From Dehalococcoidia bacterium (GTDB lineage: Bacteria > Chloroflexota > Dehalococcoidia > Lucifugimonadales > DAOUAM01): DNA of 64,000 nucleotides. A program made the position numbers and the translations under genes. Shown piece after piece: positions 27,483 to 35,491 of the stretch. Every line of letters begins with the position of its first letter. Positions within the stretch are counted from its first letter, which is position 1. Under the pieces are notes generated by a model. It was not told the origin of the DNA, did no database searches, and worked only from the letters and a program-made list of their open reading frames with translations. The stretch lies in NCBI GenBank assembly GCA_034433305.1, contig DAOUAM010000054.1, positions 3,366-67,365 on the forward strand, in the 5' to 3' direction.

Positions 27483-29924
27483 CTAAGGGGTCTGGGATAG
27501 GGTGCCTGCCATCTCGGGGACGGGCGTCTCCTCCAGCGCCGCCTCCAGCACCTGGTCGGCGGTGTCCACGAAGATGAACCGCATCTCCTGGCGCAACGCA
27601 GAGGGGACATCTTCCACGTCACCCTCGTTTCGTCTGGGCAGCAGCACGGTCTTGATGCCCGCCCGGTGGGCCGCCAGCACCTTCTCCTTGATGCCGCCTA
27701 CGGGCAGCACGCGGCCACGCAGCGTGATCTCGCCCGTCATGGCCACCTGGCTGCGCACTCGCCGGCCGCTGGCCACGGAGGCAATGGCCGTCGCCATGGT
27801 CACACCGGCGGAGGGGCCGTCCTTGGGCACCGCGCCGGCGGGCACGTGGACGTGTACCGTCCTGCCATCGAAGACACCCGGGGCTATGCCCAGCCGGCCG
27901 GCGTTGGAGCGGACGTAGGACAGCGCCGCCTGGGCGCTCTCGCGCATCACGTCGCCCAGCATGCCCGTGAGGATAAGGCGCTCCTCCCGGCTGGGCATCA
28001 GCGTAGCCTCGACGAACAGGACCTCGCCGCCGGTGGGCGTCCAGGCCAGGCCGATGGCCACGCCGGGCCGCTCGGTGCGCTCCGCCACGTCCTCGAAGAA
28101 CCTGGGACGGCCAAGGTATGCCGGGACAACCTCAGCCGTCACGCGCACCGGCCCATGGCGCCCCTCGGCGATCTCCCGGGCCGCCTTGCGGCAGATGGCG
28201 GCTATCTCTCGGTCCAGGTTACGCACGCCTGCCTCCCTGGTATAGCCACGTATGACGGCCCTAATGGCGTCAGGCTCCAGGGAAAGCTCCTCGGGCTTCA
28301 GCGCGTGGTAGGCCAGTTGCTTGGGGATGAGGTAGCCCTGGGCTATGGACAGCTTCTCCTCGTCGGTGTAGCCAGAAAGCTGCAGCACTTCCATGCGGTC
28401 GCGCAGCGGCGGGGGAATGGTGTCCAGGGTGTTGGCCGTGGTAATAAAGAGCACCTGGGACAGGTCGAAGGCCACGCCCAGGTAGTTGTCCACAAAGCTG
28501 TGGTTCTGGGCCGGGTCCAGCACCTCCAGCAGTGCGGAAGACGGGTCGCCGCGCCAGTCCGCGCCGACCTTGTCAATCTCGTCCAGCATGAAGACCGGGT
28601 CCCTGGCCTCGGCGCGGCGGATGCCCTGGATGATGCGCCCCGGCAGGGCGCCGATGTAGGTGCGCCGGTGGCCGCGTACCTCCGCCTCGTCGTGAATCCC
28701 ACCCAGGGACATGCGGACAAATTTGCGCCCCAGCGCCCGGGCGATGGACTGGCCCAGGCTGGTCTTGCCGACTCCCGGCGGCCCCACGAAGCACAGGATA
28801 GGCTCGCGGGCCGCGTCCTCGCCGGCCGGCGTCTGCGGCGCCAGGGTTTCTTCCGCCCCGGCAGGCGCCGCCACTGGCCTGCGCTCCTGGCGCAGCTTGC
28901 GGACAGCCAGGTACTCCAGGATACGGTCCTTGATCTTCTCCAGGTCGTAGTGGTCCTCGTCCAGCACTCTACGTGCCCGCGCCACGTCTATGGTGCCGCC
29001 CGTGAGCTTGTTCCAGGGCAGGCTGGCCATCCAGTCCAGGTAGGTTGTGATGATTCCATGCTCAGGCGAGGCCGTGGAGATGGCGCTCAGGCGGTCCAGC
29101 TCGCGCTCGGCCTCCCGGCGGGCCTCGGGTGGCAGGCCGGCCTCCTCGATGCGGCGGCGCAGTTCCACCACGCCGGTGCGGTCGCCGGCCTCGCCCAGCT
29201 CCTGCTGTATGGTCCGGAGCTGCTCGCGCAGGAAGTACTCCCGCTGCGCCCTGGTCATCTGGCGCTGGGTCTCCGCCGTGATCTGCCTGCCAAGCTGGCG
29301 CACCTGTATCTCATGCTGCAGTAGCTCGGCCAGTCGCCGCATCTTGGCCGCGACCGAGTCCATCTCCAGCAGTTCCTGGCGCACGTCCAGGGATAGCGGG
29401 GCCGTGGACGCCACCAGGTAGGCCACCTGACGAGGGTCGCTCAGCGCCTCCACGGCGCCCACAAGCTCCTTGGGTAGCTCGTCCACCAGTCCCACAAGCT
29501 GCTTGAAGAGGTCTATCAGCGCCTGGCGCAGCGCCTCGGCCTCGATGCCGGCGACAGGCCCCTCTGGGTCAGGCTGAACGCGGGCCACCATGTATGGTTC
29601 CACACTGGTGTATTCAAGTATGCGCACCCGCTCTATGCCCTGAATGACCAGGCGCAGCGTCCCTTCCGGACCACGGGCAAGCTGGTGAATGACTGCCGCC
29701 GTGCCGACCCGAGGCACGTCGCCGGGGCCGGGCTGCTCCGGGCCATCCGGCCTGGCCGCCACCACAGCCACCAGGCGCTCGCCGCGCATGACATCATCCA
29801 CCAGGTGGACGGACCGCGACTGGCCCACCACCAGGGGGACCACCGCCATGGGGAAAAGCACCATTCCACGGACAGGAAGCACAGGCAGGAGTTCGGGAAT
29901 CCTGGGGCCTTCCTGGTCTGTCAT
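27483..29924 (-). CDS. lon: ATP-dependent endopeptidase La (Lon protease)
   Basis: 813 aa. LON N-domain, Walker [10 protein letters not shown], and a protease PKDGPSAG serine motif. Confidence 0.97.
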   Translation of the reverse strand: MTDQEGPRIPELLPVLPVRGMVLFPMAVVPLVVGQSRSVHLVDDVMRGERLVAVVAARPDGPEQPGPGDVPRVGTAAVIHQLARGPEGTLRLVIQGIERVRILEYTSVEPYMVARVQPDPEGPVAGIEAEALRQALIDLFKQLVGLVDELPKELVGAVEALSDPRQVAYLVASTAPLSLDVRQELLEMDSVAAKMRRLAELLQHEIQVRQLGRQITAETQRQMTRAQREYFLREQLRTIQQELGEAGDRTGVVELRRRIEEAGLPPEARREAERELDRLSAISTASPEHGIITTYLDWMASLPWNKLTGGTIDVARARRVLDEDHYDLEKIKDRILEYLAVRKLRQERRPVAAPAGAEETLAPQTPAGEDAAREPILCFVGPPGVGKTSLGQSIARALGRKFVRMSLGGIHDEAEVRGHRRTYIGALPGRIIQGIRRAEARDPVFMLDEIDKVGADWRGDPSSALLEVLDPAQNHSFVDNYLGVAFDLSQVLFITTANTLDTIPPPLRDRMEVLQLSGYTDEEKLSIAQGYLIPKQLAYHALKPEELSLEPDAIRAVIRGYTREAGVRNLDREIAAICRKAAREIAEGRHGPVRVTAEVVPAYLGRPRFFEDVAERTERPGVAIGLAWTPTGGEVLFVEATLMPSREERLILTGMLGDVMRESAQAALSYVRSNAGRLGIAPGVFDGRTVHVHVPAGAVPKDGPSAGVTMATAIASVASGRRVRSQVAMTGEITLRGRVLPVGGIKEKVLAAHRAGIKTVLLPRRNEGDVEDVPSALRQEMRFIFVDTADQVLEAALEETPVPEMAGTLSQTP

Positions 29925-29929
29925 GCCAT

Positions 29930-30340
29930 CTACCTCCCCTGAAGCCTGGGGAGAGCTATGTGTAGCAGGCCCCTGTCGTAGCGCGCCTCCACACGCTCGT
30001 GGTCCACGGACGATGGTACGCCGATCTCCACCCGGAACGGCCCCTGGCGGATCTCCGCCGCATGGAAGACGCCCCCAGGCTCCATGGGCGGGAGCCTGCG
30101 ATGCCCTTCAATGACCAGGGCATTCTCGTACAGCACCACATCTATGCTCTCCTCGTTGACTCCCGCCACCTCCACGGTGACGAAGAGGCCGCTGGGAGTC
30201 TCATACACGTCGGTGGGCGGCGACCAGCGTGTCTGGAACAGGACGAAGCCCATCGCTCGGGAGCGCAGGGCCTCGGTGAGAGCGCGAGTGCCCTCGCTGC
30301 TCACTACCACGTACTGGTAGCCAAGCCTTCTGTACCTCAT
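29930..30340 (-). CDS. Hsp20/alpha-crystallin family small heat-shock protein
   Basis: PPTDVYETPSGLFVTVEVAGV..DRGLLHIALPR alpha-crystallin domain. GGAGG upstream of ATG 30340. It lies 5 nt upstream of lon. Confidence 0.85.
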   Translation of the reverse strand: MRYRRLGYQYVVVSSEGTRALTEALRSRAMGFVLFQTRWSPPTDVYETPSGLFVTVEVAGVNEESIDVVLYENALVIEGHRRLPPMEPGGVFHAAEIRQGPFRVEIGVPSSVDHERVEARYDRGLLHIALPRLQGR

Positions 30341-30412
30341 GACGCCAGCCTCCTGCCAGGTAGACCTGCGCCCTTGCCCAGCCGCCCCGGACACGGACTA
30401 CCTCTCAAGGCG

Positions 30413-30442
30413 ACTATAATGACAGGCTTCGGGCGGTGTCAA
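30413..30442 (-). promoter_or_regulatory. Sigma-70-like promoter for hsp20-lon (TTGACA, 18 nt, TATAGT)
   Basis: Minus-strand TTGACA at 30442-30437 and TATAGT at 30418-30413. Confidence 0.4.
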
Positions 30443-30728
30443 GCCACAGCGCCCAGGCACCCCAGGGAGACACGCCAGCCCTCCAACTGGTCATGGCGGT
30501 GGCAACCGGCGCCACGTGGCACGAAAATGCACTTGCCCTTGCTGTTGTTCCTCGCTCCGCTAGATATGACTTTCTCAGAGGAATTGTTCACCCAGTGATG
30601 AAAAGTATGTACAATTACGCGCACAGGACTGGAAGCATTGAGATGGACAATGGCCAGGGAGCACTGGAGGAAAGGGTCGCCTGACAGGGCCAGTCTCCCG
30701 GCGGCGGCCGGCGCCGCGAGGAGGTCCA

Positions 30729-31880
30729 ATGAAGGCTTCAATACGCCTTGGGAAGATCGCGGGCATCGAAATCGGCATTCACTACTCGTGGTTTGTGGTC
30801 CTGGCCCTCTTCACCTGGAGCCTCGCCGCCGGGTTCTTCCCAGACAGGTACGAGGGCTGGAGCCAGGTGACGTACTGGGGTACAGCCATCGTCGCGGCGC
30901 TGCTGCTGTTCGCGTCAGTGCTGGTGCACGAGCTAGCGCACTCCCTGGTAGCGCGAGGCCGTGGCTTCCCAGTAGAGGGCATCACCCTGTTCATACTGGG
31001 AGGAGTCAGCAACCTGAGGGCCGAGGCCAGAGGCCCCAAGGACGAGTTTGTAATCTCGGCGGCCGGGCCTCTGACGAGCGTGGTGCTGGCGGTCATATTC
31101 CGGCTTGCCCTTGTACCCCTGGGGGACAGGGATACGCCCGTTGCCGCCGTGCTTACATACCTGGCGCTGGTCAACGTGCTGCTGGCCCTGTTCAACCTGC
31201 TGCCCGCCTTCCCCCTGGACGGAGGCCGCGTGCTGCGCTCCATCATCTGGGGCGCGACGCACAGCCTGAGCAAGGCCACCAGCGTCGCCGCGCGCGTGGG
31301 GCAGGTGGCGGGCTACCTGTTCATTGCCGCTGGAGTGTTCGAAGTCCTGCGCGGCAACTTCCTGGGCGGTCTGTGGATAGCCTTCGTGGGATGGTTCCTT
31401 CAGAGCGCGGCCAGCACCAGCCTGCGAGAGATGGAGGCCGAGGCCAGCCTGAAGGGCATCCTGGTGGAGGACGTGATGGAGCGGCACCCCCTGACCATCG
31501 GCCCCGATGTGTCCATCCAGGAGGCCGTCTTTGACTACTTCCTGCGCCATGGCAAGCGAGCGCTGCCGGTGGTCGAGGGCGACAGGCTAATGGGCATTCT
31601 GACTCTCACCGACGTCAAGAGCGTGCCACAGCAGCACTGGGGCAGCAGGAAGGTCCGGGACGAGATGACGCCCGTACCCCTCAAGTCCCTGTCGCCTCAC
31701 GACGAGCTAGCCCAGGCACTGGTGCTGCTGGGCCAGGACTCGCTCAACCAGGCGCCAGTGGTGGAGGGCGGCCAGCTTGTGGGGCTGCTGAGCCGCGCTA
31801 ACATCATTCAGTACCTGCACTCGCGCCGCGAGCTTGGCCTGCTGCCCGACGGGAAGCAGCCCCGGGACTTGCAGGGCTAG
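30729..31880 (+). CDS. Site-2 protease family (M50) zinc metalloprotease with tandem CBS domains
   Basis: HELAHSLVAR HExxH motif, NLLPAFPLDGG motif, and a C-terminal CBS pair. Confidence 0.85.
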   Translation: MKASIRLGKIAGIEIGIHYSWFVVLALFTWSLAAGFFPDRYEGWSQVTYWGTAIVAALLLFASVLVHELAHSLVARGRGFPVEGITLFILGGVSNLRAEARGPKDEFVISAAGPLTSVVLAVIFRLALVPLGDRDTPVAAVLTYLALVNVLLALFNLLPAFPLDGGRVLRSIIWGATHSLSKATSVAARVGQVAGYLFIAAGVFEVLRGNFLGGLWIAFVGWFLQSAASTSLREMEAEASLKGILVEDVMERHPLTIGPDVSIQEAVFDYFLRHGKRALPVVEGDRLMGILTLTDVKSVPQQHWGSRKVRDEMTPVPLKSLSPHDELAQALVLLGQDSLNQAPVVEGGQLVGLLSRANIIQYLHSRRELGLLPDGKQPRDLQG

Positions 31881-31895
31881 CCCTGGCCCTCGCGG

Positions 31896-32135
31896 CTACC
31901 GAAGGGCCTTGACCAGTTCCTCGTACTCCTCCCTGGTGATCTCGCCACGGGCCAGGCGCCTCCTGACGATTTCCAGCGGCGTTTCCTCCTCGCGCCGTGG
32001 CTGGCCTCCGCCCCGACTCGCCGTGAGCCGGTTGACCACCCATACCACGAGCCAGACGACCAGCGCCCAGAAGGCAAGCGTCCATAGCCCGCCGAGGACC
32101 ATCCACCATCCCATGCCGTCATGAAAGCCCCACAT
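31896..32135 (-). CDS. SHOCT-domain small membrane protein
   Basis: One Trp-rich TM helix followed by LEIVRRRLARGEITREEYEELVKAL (SHOCT). Start is uncertain (32135 or 32177). Confidence 0.6.
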   Translation of the reverse strand: MWGFHDGMGWWMVLGGLWTLAFWALVVWLVVWVVNRLTASRGGGQPRREEETPLEIVRRRLARGEITREEYEELVKALR

Positions 32136-32299
32136 TCCAGCCCCCTTTACCTGGAGCCTCGGGCCAGGGAGGGACATGCCCGCCCCGACCCACGCTTCTA
32201 ATGTAGCGCAACCAGCGTGAGGAAGTCATGACATACCGCCTTCCCACTGGAAAGGCTGGCCGGCCTTCCAGGAACGGAAACAAGACGCGAAAAGTCTGC

Positions 32300-32328
32300 T
32301 ATCAATGGGTGAAAAGCGGTGATAGAAT
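32300..32328 (+). promoter_or_regulatory. Candidate extended -10 promoter (TGaTAGAAT) for the RiPP-like operon
   Basis: TG at 32320-32321 and TAGAAT at 32323-32328, with a weak -35 (TATCAA/ATCAAT). About 80 nt upstream of the precursor ATG. Confidence 0.35.
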
Positions 32329-32409
32329 GTTCACTGTGCCTGAACAGGCATGCCTTTTCTCTATGCACGCGGGCATAGACGCCCGCGCGACCAGTCCAGG
32401 GAGGTCTCC

Positions 32410-32595
32410 ATGGCAGAGGGCAGAGAGGACCGCAAGGGACTTGAGGGCGAGGGGAACTCCTCCAGGCAACATGCAGGCCCGCGCACGCGTCAGCCCTTCG
32501 TTGAGCCACGGCTGAGGTTCGTCGAGCCAAAGCTGGTCAAGCACGGGGACGTTACCAGGGTGACGGCGGGCTTCTTCGGCTCCTTCTCTCCGTAG
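32410..32595 (+). CDS. Candidate RiPP precursor peptide (61 aa) with a lasso-type leader motif and GFFGSFSP core
   Basis: GGGAGG lies 5 nt upstream of ATG 32410. Sequence: MAEGREDRKGLEGEGNSSRQHAGPRTRQPFVEPRLRFVEPKLVKHGDVTRVTA-GFFGSFSP. The stop is 13 nt before the kinase gene. Confidence 0.6.
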   Translation: MAEGREDRKGLEGEGNSSRQHAGPRTRQPFVEPRLRFVEPKLVKHGDVTRVTAGFFGSFSP

Positions 32596-32608
32596 TCCTG
32601 GCCGGGCA

Positions 32609-33616
32609 ATGCGTGCCACGTTGGTAAAGGAACTGTACTTCCTGTGCGGGCAACCTGTGCAGGTCGTCTGCTCCGACCAGGCGCAGGCGGCAAGGCTGCG
32701 TGGCCTGTGGCGTGACCTCTTCGTGGTGACTCCCGCCGCCGGTGAGGGCGGCACGCCCGCTGTACGCCTGCACTTCGACGGCATGGGCCAGGATGAACAG
32801 AGGCCCCAGACTGGCGAGCGAGTCTTCTCGTCTCCCCCCCTGGTGGTGACCAGGACCGCTGGCGGCTTCCACATCCGCTGCCGCTCCTCCGCCATGCGCC
32901 TGGACCTGGCCGGCGGCTACGGCAACGCGTCGCTGGACGAGGACTTCTGGGACTATCCCCTGGAAGACCGGCGAGAGTTCTTCCTGCTGACATTCCTCAT
33001 GCTACTCCGCAGGCGAGGCCTGTTCGGCCTGCACGCCAACGCGGTGGAAAGCGACGGCGCTGGGCTGTTGGCGGTTGGCAGGTCGGGCTGCGGCAAGACG
33101 ACCCTCACGCTAGCCCTTGTACTGGAGGGCTGGCGCTATCTATCGGACGACGCACTGGTGCTGCGGCGAGGCCCCTCTGGCGTGGCCGCGCTGGCCTTCC
33201 GAAGGGGCATGTCCCTGACAGCGGACACCGCCGGGCGCTTCCTGGCACCTGAGGTCTGGCATGGCGGGGCAAGGCTGCGAGAGGAAAAGGTGCTGGTACA
33301 CCTGGACTCCATCTTCCCACGCAGCGCCCTGGCCAGGTGCAGGCCACGGGCCATCGTGTTCCCCAGAGTAGTGGGGGCGCGGCGCAGCCAGCTTGTGCCC
33401 GCCAGCGAAACGTCCGCCTTCGTCCGCTTGCTGGAGCAGAGCCCGGGCATCATGACCGACAGGGCCTCGGTCAAGGCCCAGGCGGAAGTCCTCAAGCTCC
33501 TCCTGGAGCAATGCAAGGCCTACGACCTGGCACTGGGCATGGACGTCTTTGAGGCCCCTGGCTCGCTCTCCAGCATACTGCGGCAGGTCCTGGAGGCTGG
33601 CCCATGCGGCGAATAG
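32609..33616 (+). CDS. HPr kinase-related (HprK C-terminal-like) kinase
   Basis: LHANAV..LLAVGRSGCGKTTLTLAL..YLSDDALVL matches the P-loop and downstream HprK-like motifs. Confidence 0.75.
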   Translation: MRATLVKELYFLCGQPVQVVCSDQAQAARLRGLWRDLFVVTPAAGEGGTPAVRLHFDGMGQDEQRPQTGERVFSSPPLVVTRTAGGFHIRCRSSAMRLDLAGGYGNASLDEDFWDYPLEDRREFFLLTFLMLLRRRGLFGLHANAVESDGAGLLAVGRSGCGKTTLTLALVLEGWRYLSDDALVLRRGPSGVAALAFRRGMSLTADTAGRFLAPEVWHGGARLREEKVLVHLDSIFPRSALARCRPRAIVFPRVVGARRSQLVPASETSAFVRLLEQSPGIMTDRASVKAQAEVLKLLLEQCKAYDLALGMDVFEAPGSLSSILRQVLEAGPCGE

Positions 33617-34641
33617 TCGTGGAGCTTACCGACCGCTGCAACTTGAGCTGCATGCACTGCTTCGCCGGAAGGCATGGCGGCAGCCATGACCTGCCCATGC
33701 ATGTCCTCCAGCGCGTGCTGGCCGAGGCCAGGGAATATGACTTCGGGCACGTGAGCTTCACCGGCGGCGACCCGACAGTCCATCCCCAGTTCCCCGAGGC
33801 GCTGCGCCTGTCCCGCGAGGCCGGCTACCAGTACAGCTTCGTCACTAACGGCTGGAACTTCACGTCCATCTATGACCGGCTGCTGCCCTACCGCGACAGG
33901 CTCACCGTGGTCACCTTCAGCCTCGATGGCGCCACGGAGGCTGTCCACGACCAGCTCCGGGGGCAAGGCTCCTTTCGCCGCGCCTTGAGAGGCATGAGCA
34001 TCTGCGTCATCGAGGACATTCCCTTCACCATCAACATGGTGGTCACGGCCCGCAACCAGCACCAGCTCGGGGAGATGGCGGCACTGGCGGCGCGCCTGGG
34101 CAGCCGTGGCCTGCGCCTGTGCCACCTGATGCCATCGCCCCGGACGGCGGCCCTGGGGCTGGACCTCTCACCCGCTGACCGCAAGGCAGTAGAGGCCCAG
34201 GTGGCCCGTTTAAGACAAGAGGCCCCTGTCCCCGTGGTCATGGCCCCGGGATACCACACTCGCGAGCTGTTCCCCTGCGCGCCCCTGAACCTGGAGGAGG
34301 TCAACGTGGACTGCCAGGGCAACCTCACCAGGTGTTGTCATCTTTCGGGCCACAGCCCGGGCACAGGGCGGGAGGACGTGGTGGGCAGCCTGCTGGCGAT
34401 GAGCTTCGGGGAAGCGTACCTGAAGCTGAAGGAGGAGGACCAGCGGTTCAGAGCGTACAAGGCTGAGCGGCTGCGGCAGGGCCGGCTGGCCGACTCGGAC
34501 CTGTTTGCTTGCTGGTACTGCTCGGTGTACTACGGTAAGGTGTGGTGGCTGAAGCGCGTCGCGGGCCACCCCTGGGGGCCGCTGGTCTGGCAGCGCGGGC
34601 CTGCGGCCTCCGCCACTGTGCCGGCTGAGGAAGGGGAGTAG
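33604..34641 (+). CDS. Radical SAM enzyme with a C-terminal SPASM/twitch-like Cys cluster
   Basis: CNLSCMHC (CxxxCxxC) at residues 12-19, FTGGDP, and C-terminal cysteines C..CQGNLTRCCHLSG..CWYC. It overlaps the kinase gene by 13 nt. Confidence 0.85.
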   Translation: MRRIVVELTDRCNLSCMHCFAGRHGGSHDLPMHVLQRVLAEAREYDFGHVSFTGGDPTVHPQFPEALRLSREAGYQYSFVTNGWNFTSIYDRLLPYRDRLTVVTFSLDGATEAVHDQLRGQGSFRRALRGMSICVIEDIPFTINMVVTARNQHQLGEMAALAARLGSRGLRLCHLMPSPRTAALGLDLSPADRKAVEAQVARLRQEAPVPVVMAPGYHTRELFPCAPLNLEEVNVDCQGNLTRCCHLSGHSPGTGREDVVGSLLAMSFGEAYLKLKEEDQRFRAYKAERLRQGRLADSDLFACWYCSVYYGKVWWLKRVAGHPWGPLVWQRGPAASATVPAEEGE

Positions 34642-34642
34642 G

Positions 34643-34927
34643 ATGGTAACTCTGAGCACCAAGGCCAGGCCCGACCCGGATGTGCTGTTCACCGGCCTCA
34701 GGAACGGGGAGTCTGTGCTGCTGCACCTGGGCACAAAGACCTACTACAGCCTCAACGAGACGGGGACGCGTATCTGGAGGCTCCTGGCGGAGGGCCTGGA
34801 GGTAGGCGAGATTGGCAGGCGGCTGGAGGCAGAGTACGATGTGACGCTGGAGCATGCCCAGTCCAGTGTCATTCGGCTGGTGGAGGCGCTGGTAAGCGAG
34901 AAGCTTGTCCTGGCCGGCGAGGGATAG
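34643..34927 (+). CDS. PqqD-family peptide chaperone (RiPP recognition element)
   Basis: 94 aa. LLHLGTKTYYSLNETGTRIWRLLAEG..EIGRRLEAEYDV is a typical PqqD/RRE pattern. It starts 1 nt after the rSAM stop. Confidence 0.8.
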   Translation: MVTLSTKARPDPDVLFTGLRNGESVLLHLGTKTYYSLNETGTRIWRLLAEGLEVGEIGRRLEAEYDVTLEHAQSSVIRLVEALVSEKLVLAGEG

Positions 34928-34950
34928 CCTGGACAGCGAGGGCATGGAAG

Positions 34951-35481
34951 ATGACCGCCATACGCCTGGCCACAGCGGCAGACGTCCCTGAACTGGCGAC
35001 GCTGTACTCCCAGGAGGCAGGCCGGCAGCAGGCCATGGACCCGGTCGTGCAGGTCCTGCCGGGCGTCAACTGGGCTGCCTACGTGGCCGCCAGGCTCCGT
35101 CGCAGGAACGCCGCCATCTTCGTGGCCGAGGACGAAAGTGGGCTGGTCGGCTACATAGACCTCCGCATAGCCCATCGCGGCGCGACGGGCGGCCTGTTGG
35201 CGGCGGTGCGAAGGCTGGCCGGCCGCTGGCGGGGACAGGTGCCCTCAGTCCTGGCACCCAGACGCTACGGCTTCATCGAGGACCTGTATGTCCACCCTCG
35301 CCTGGCAGGCCGCGCTGTATGGGTCGGCATACGGCTGCTGAACGCTGGCCTGCGGTGGTGCCGCCAGCACCGTCTGTCCCACGTGGAGGGCGCCATAGCT
35401 ATCTCCAACGAGAGCGCCCGCGCCCTGGCGGACAGGCTGGGGTTCTCCGCCGCCTGGGTCCTCGTTCGGCGAGAGCTATGA
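34951..35481 (+). CDS. GNAT family N-acetyltransferase
   Basis: IRLATAADVPELATLY..FVAEDESGLVGYIDL..GIRLLNAGLRWC is an acetyl-CoA-binding-type pattern. Confidence 0.8.
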   Translation: MTAIRLATAADVPELATLYSQEAGRQQAMDPVVQVLPGVNWAAYVAARLRRRNAAIFVAEDESGLVGYIDLRIAHRGATGGLLAAVRRLAGRWRGQVPSVLAPRRYGFIEDLYVHPRLAGRAVWVGIRLLNAGLRWCRQHRLSHVEGAIAISNESARALADRLGFSAAWVLVRREL

Positions 35482-35491
35482 CGCCCGGAGG

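Noticed and set aside
32410-35481. Calling the locus a lasso-peptide cluster
   Set aside because: The leader motif, PqqD, HprK-like kinase and GNAT all fit lasso systems. However, there is no Asn-synthetase-like cyclase, no B2 cysteine protease and no Asp/Glu in the 8-residue core. A canonical lasso product is therefore not supportable.
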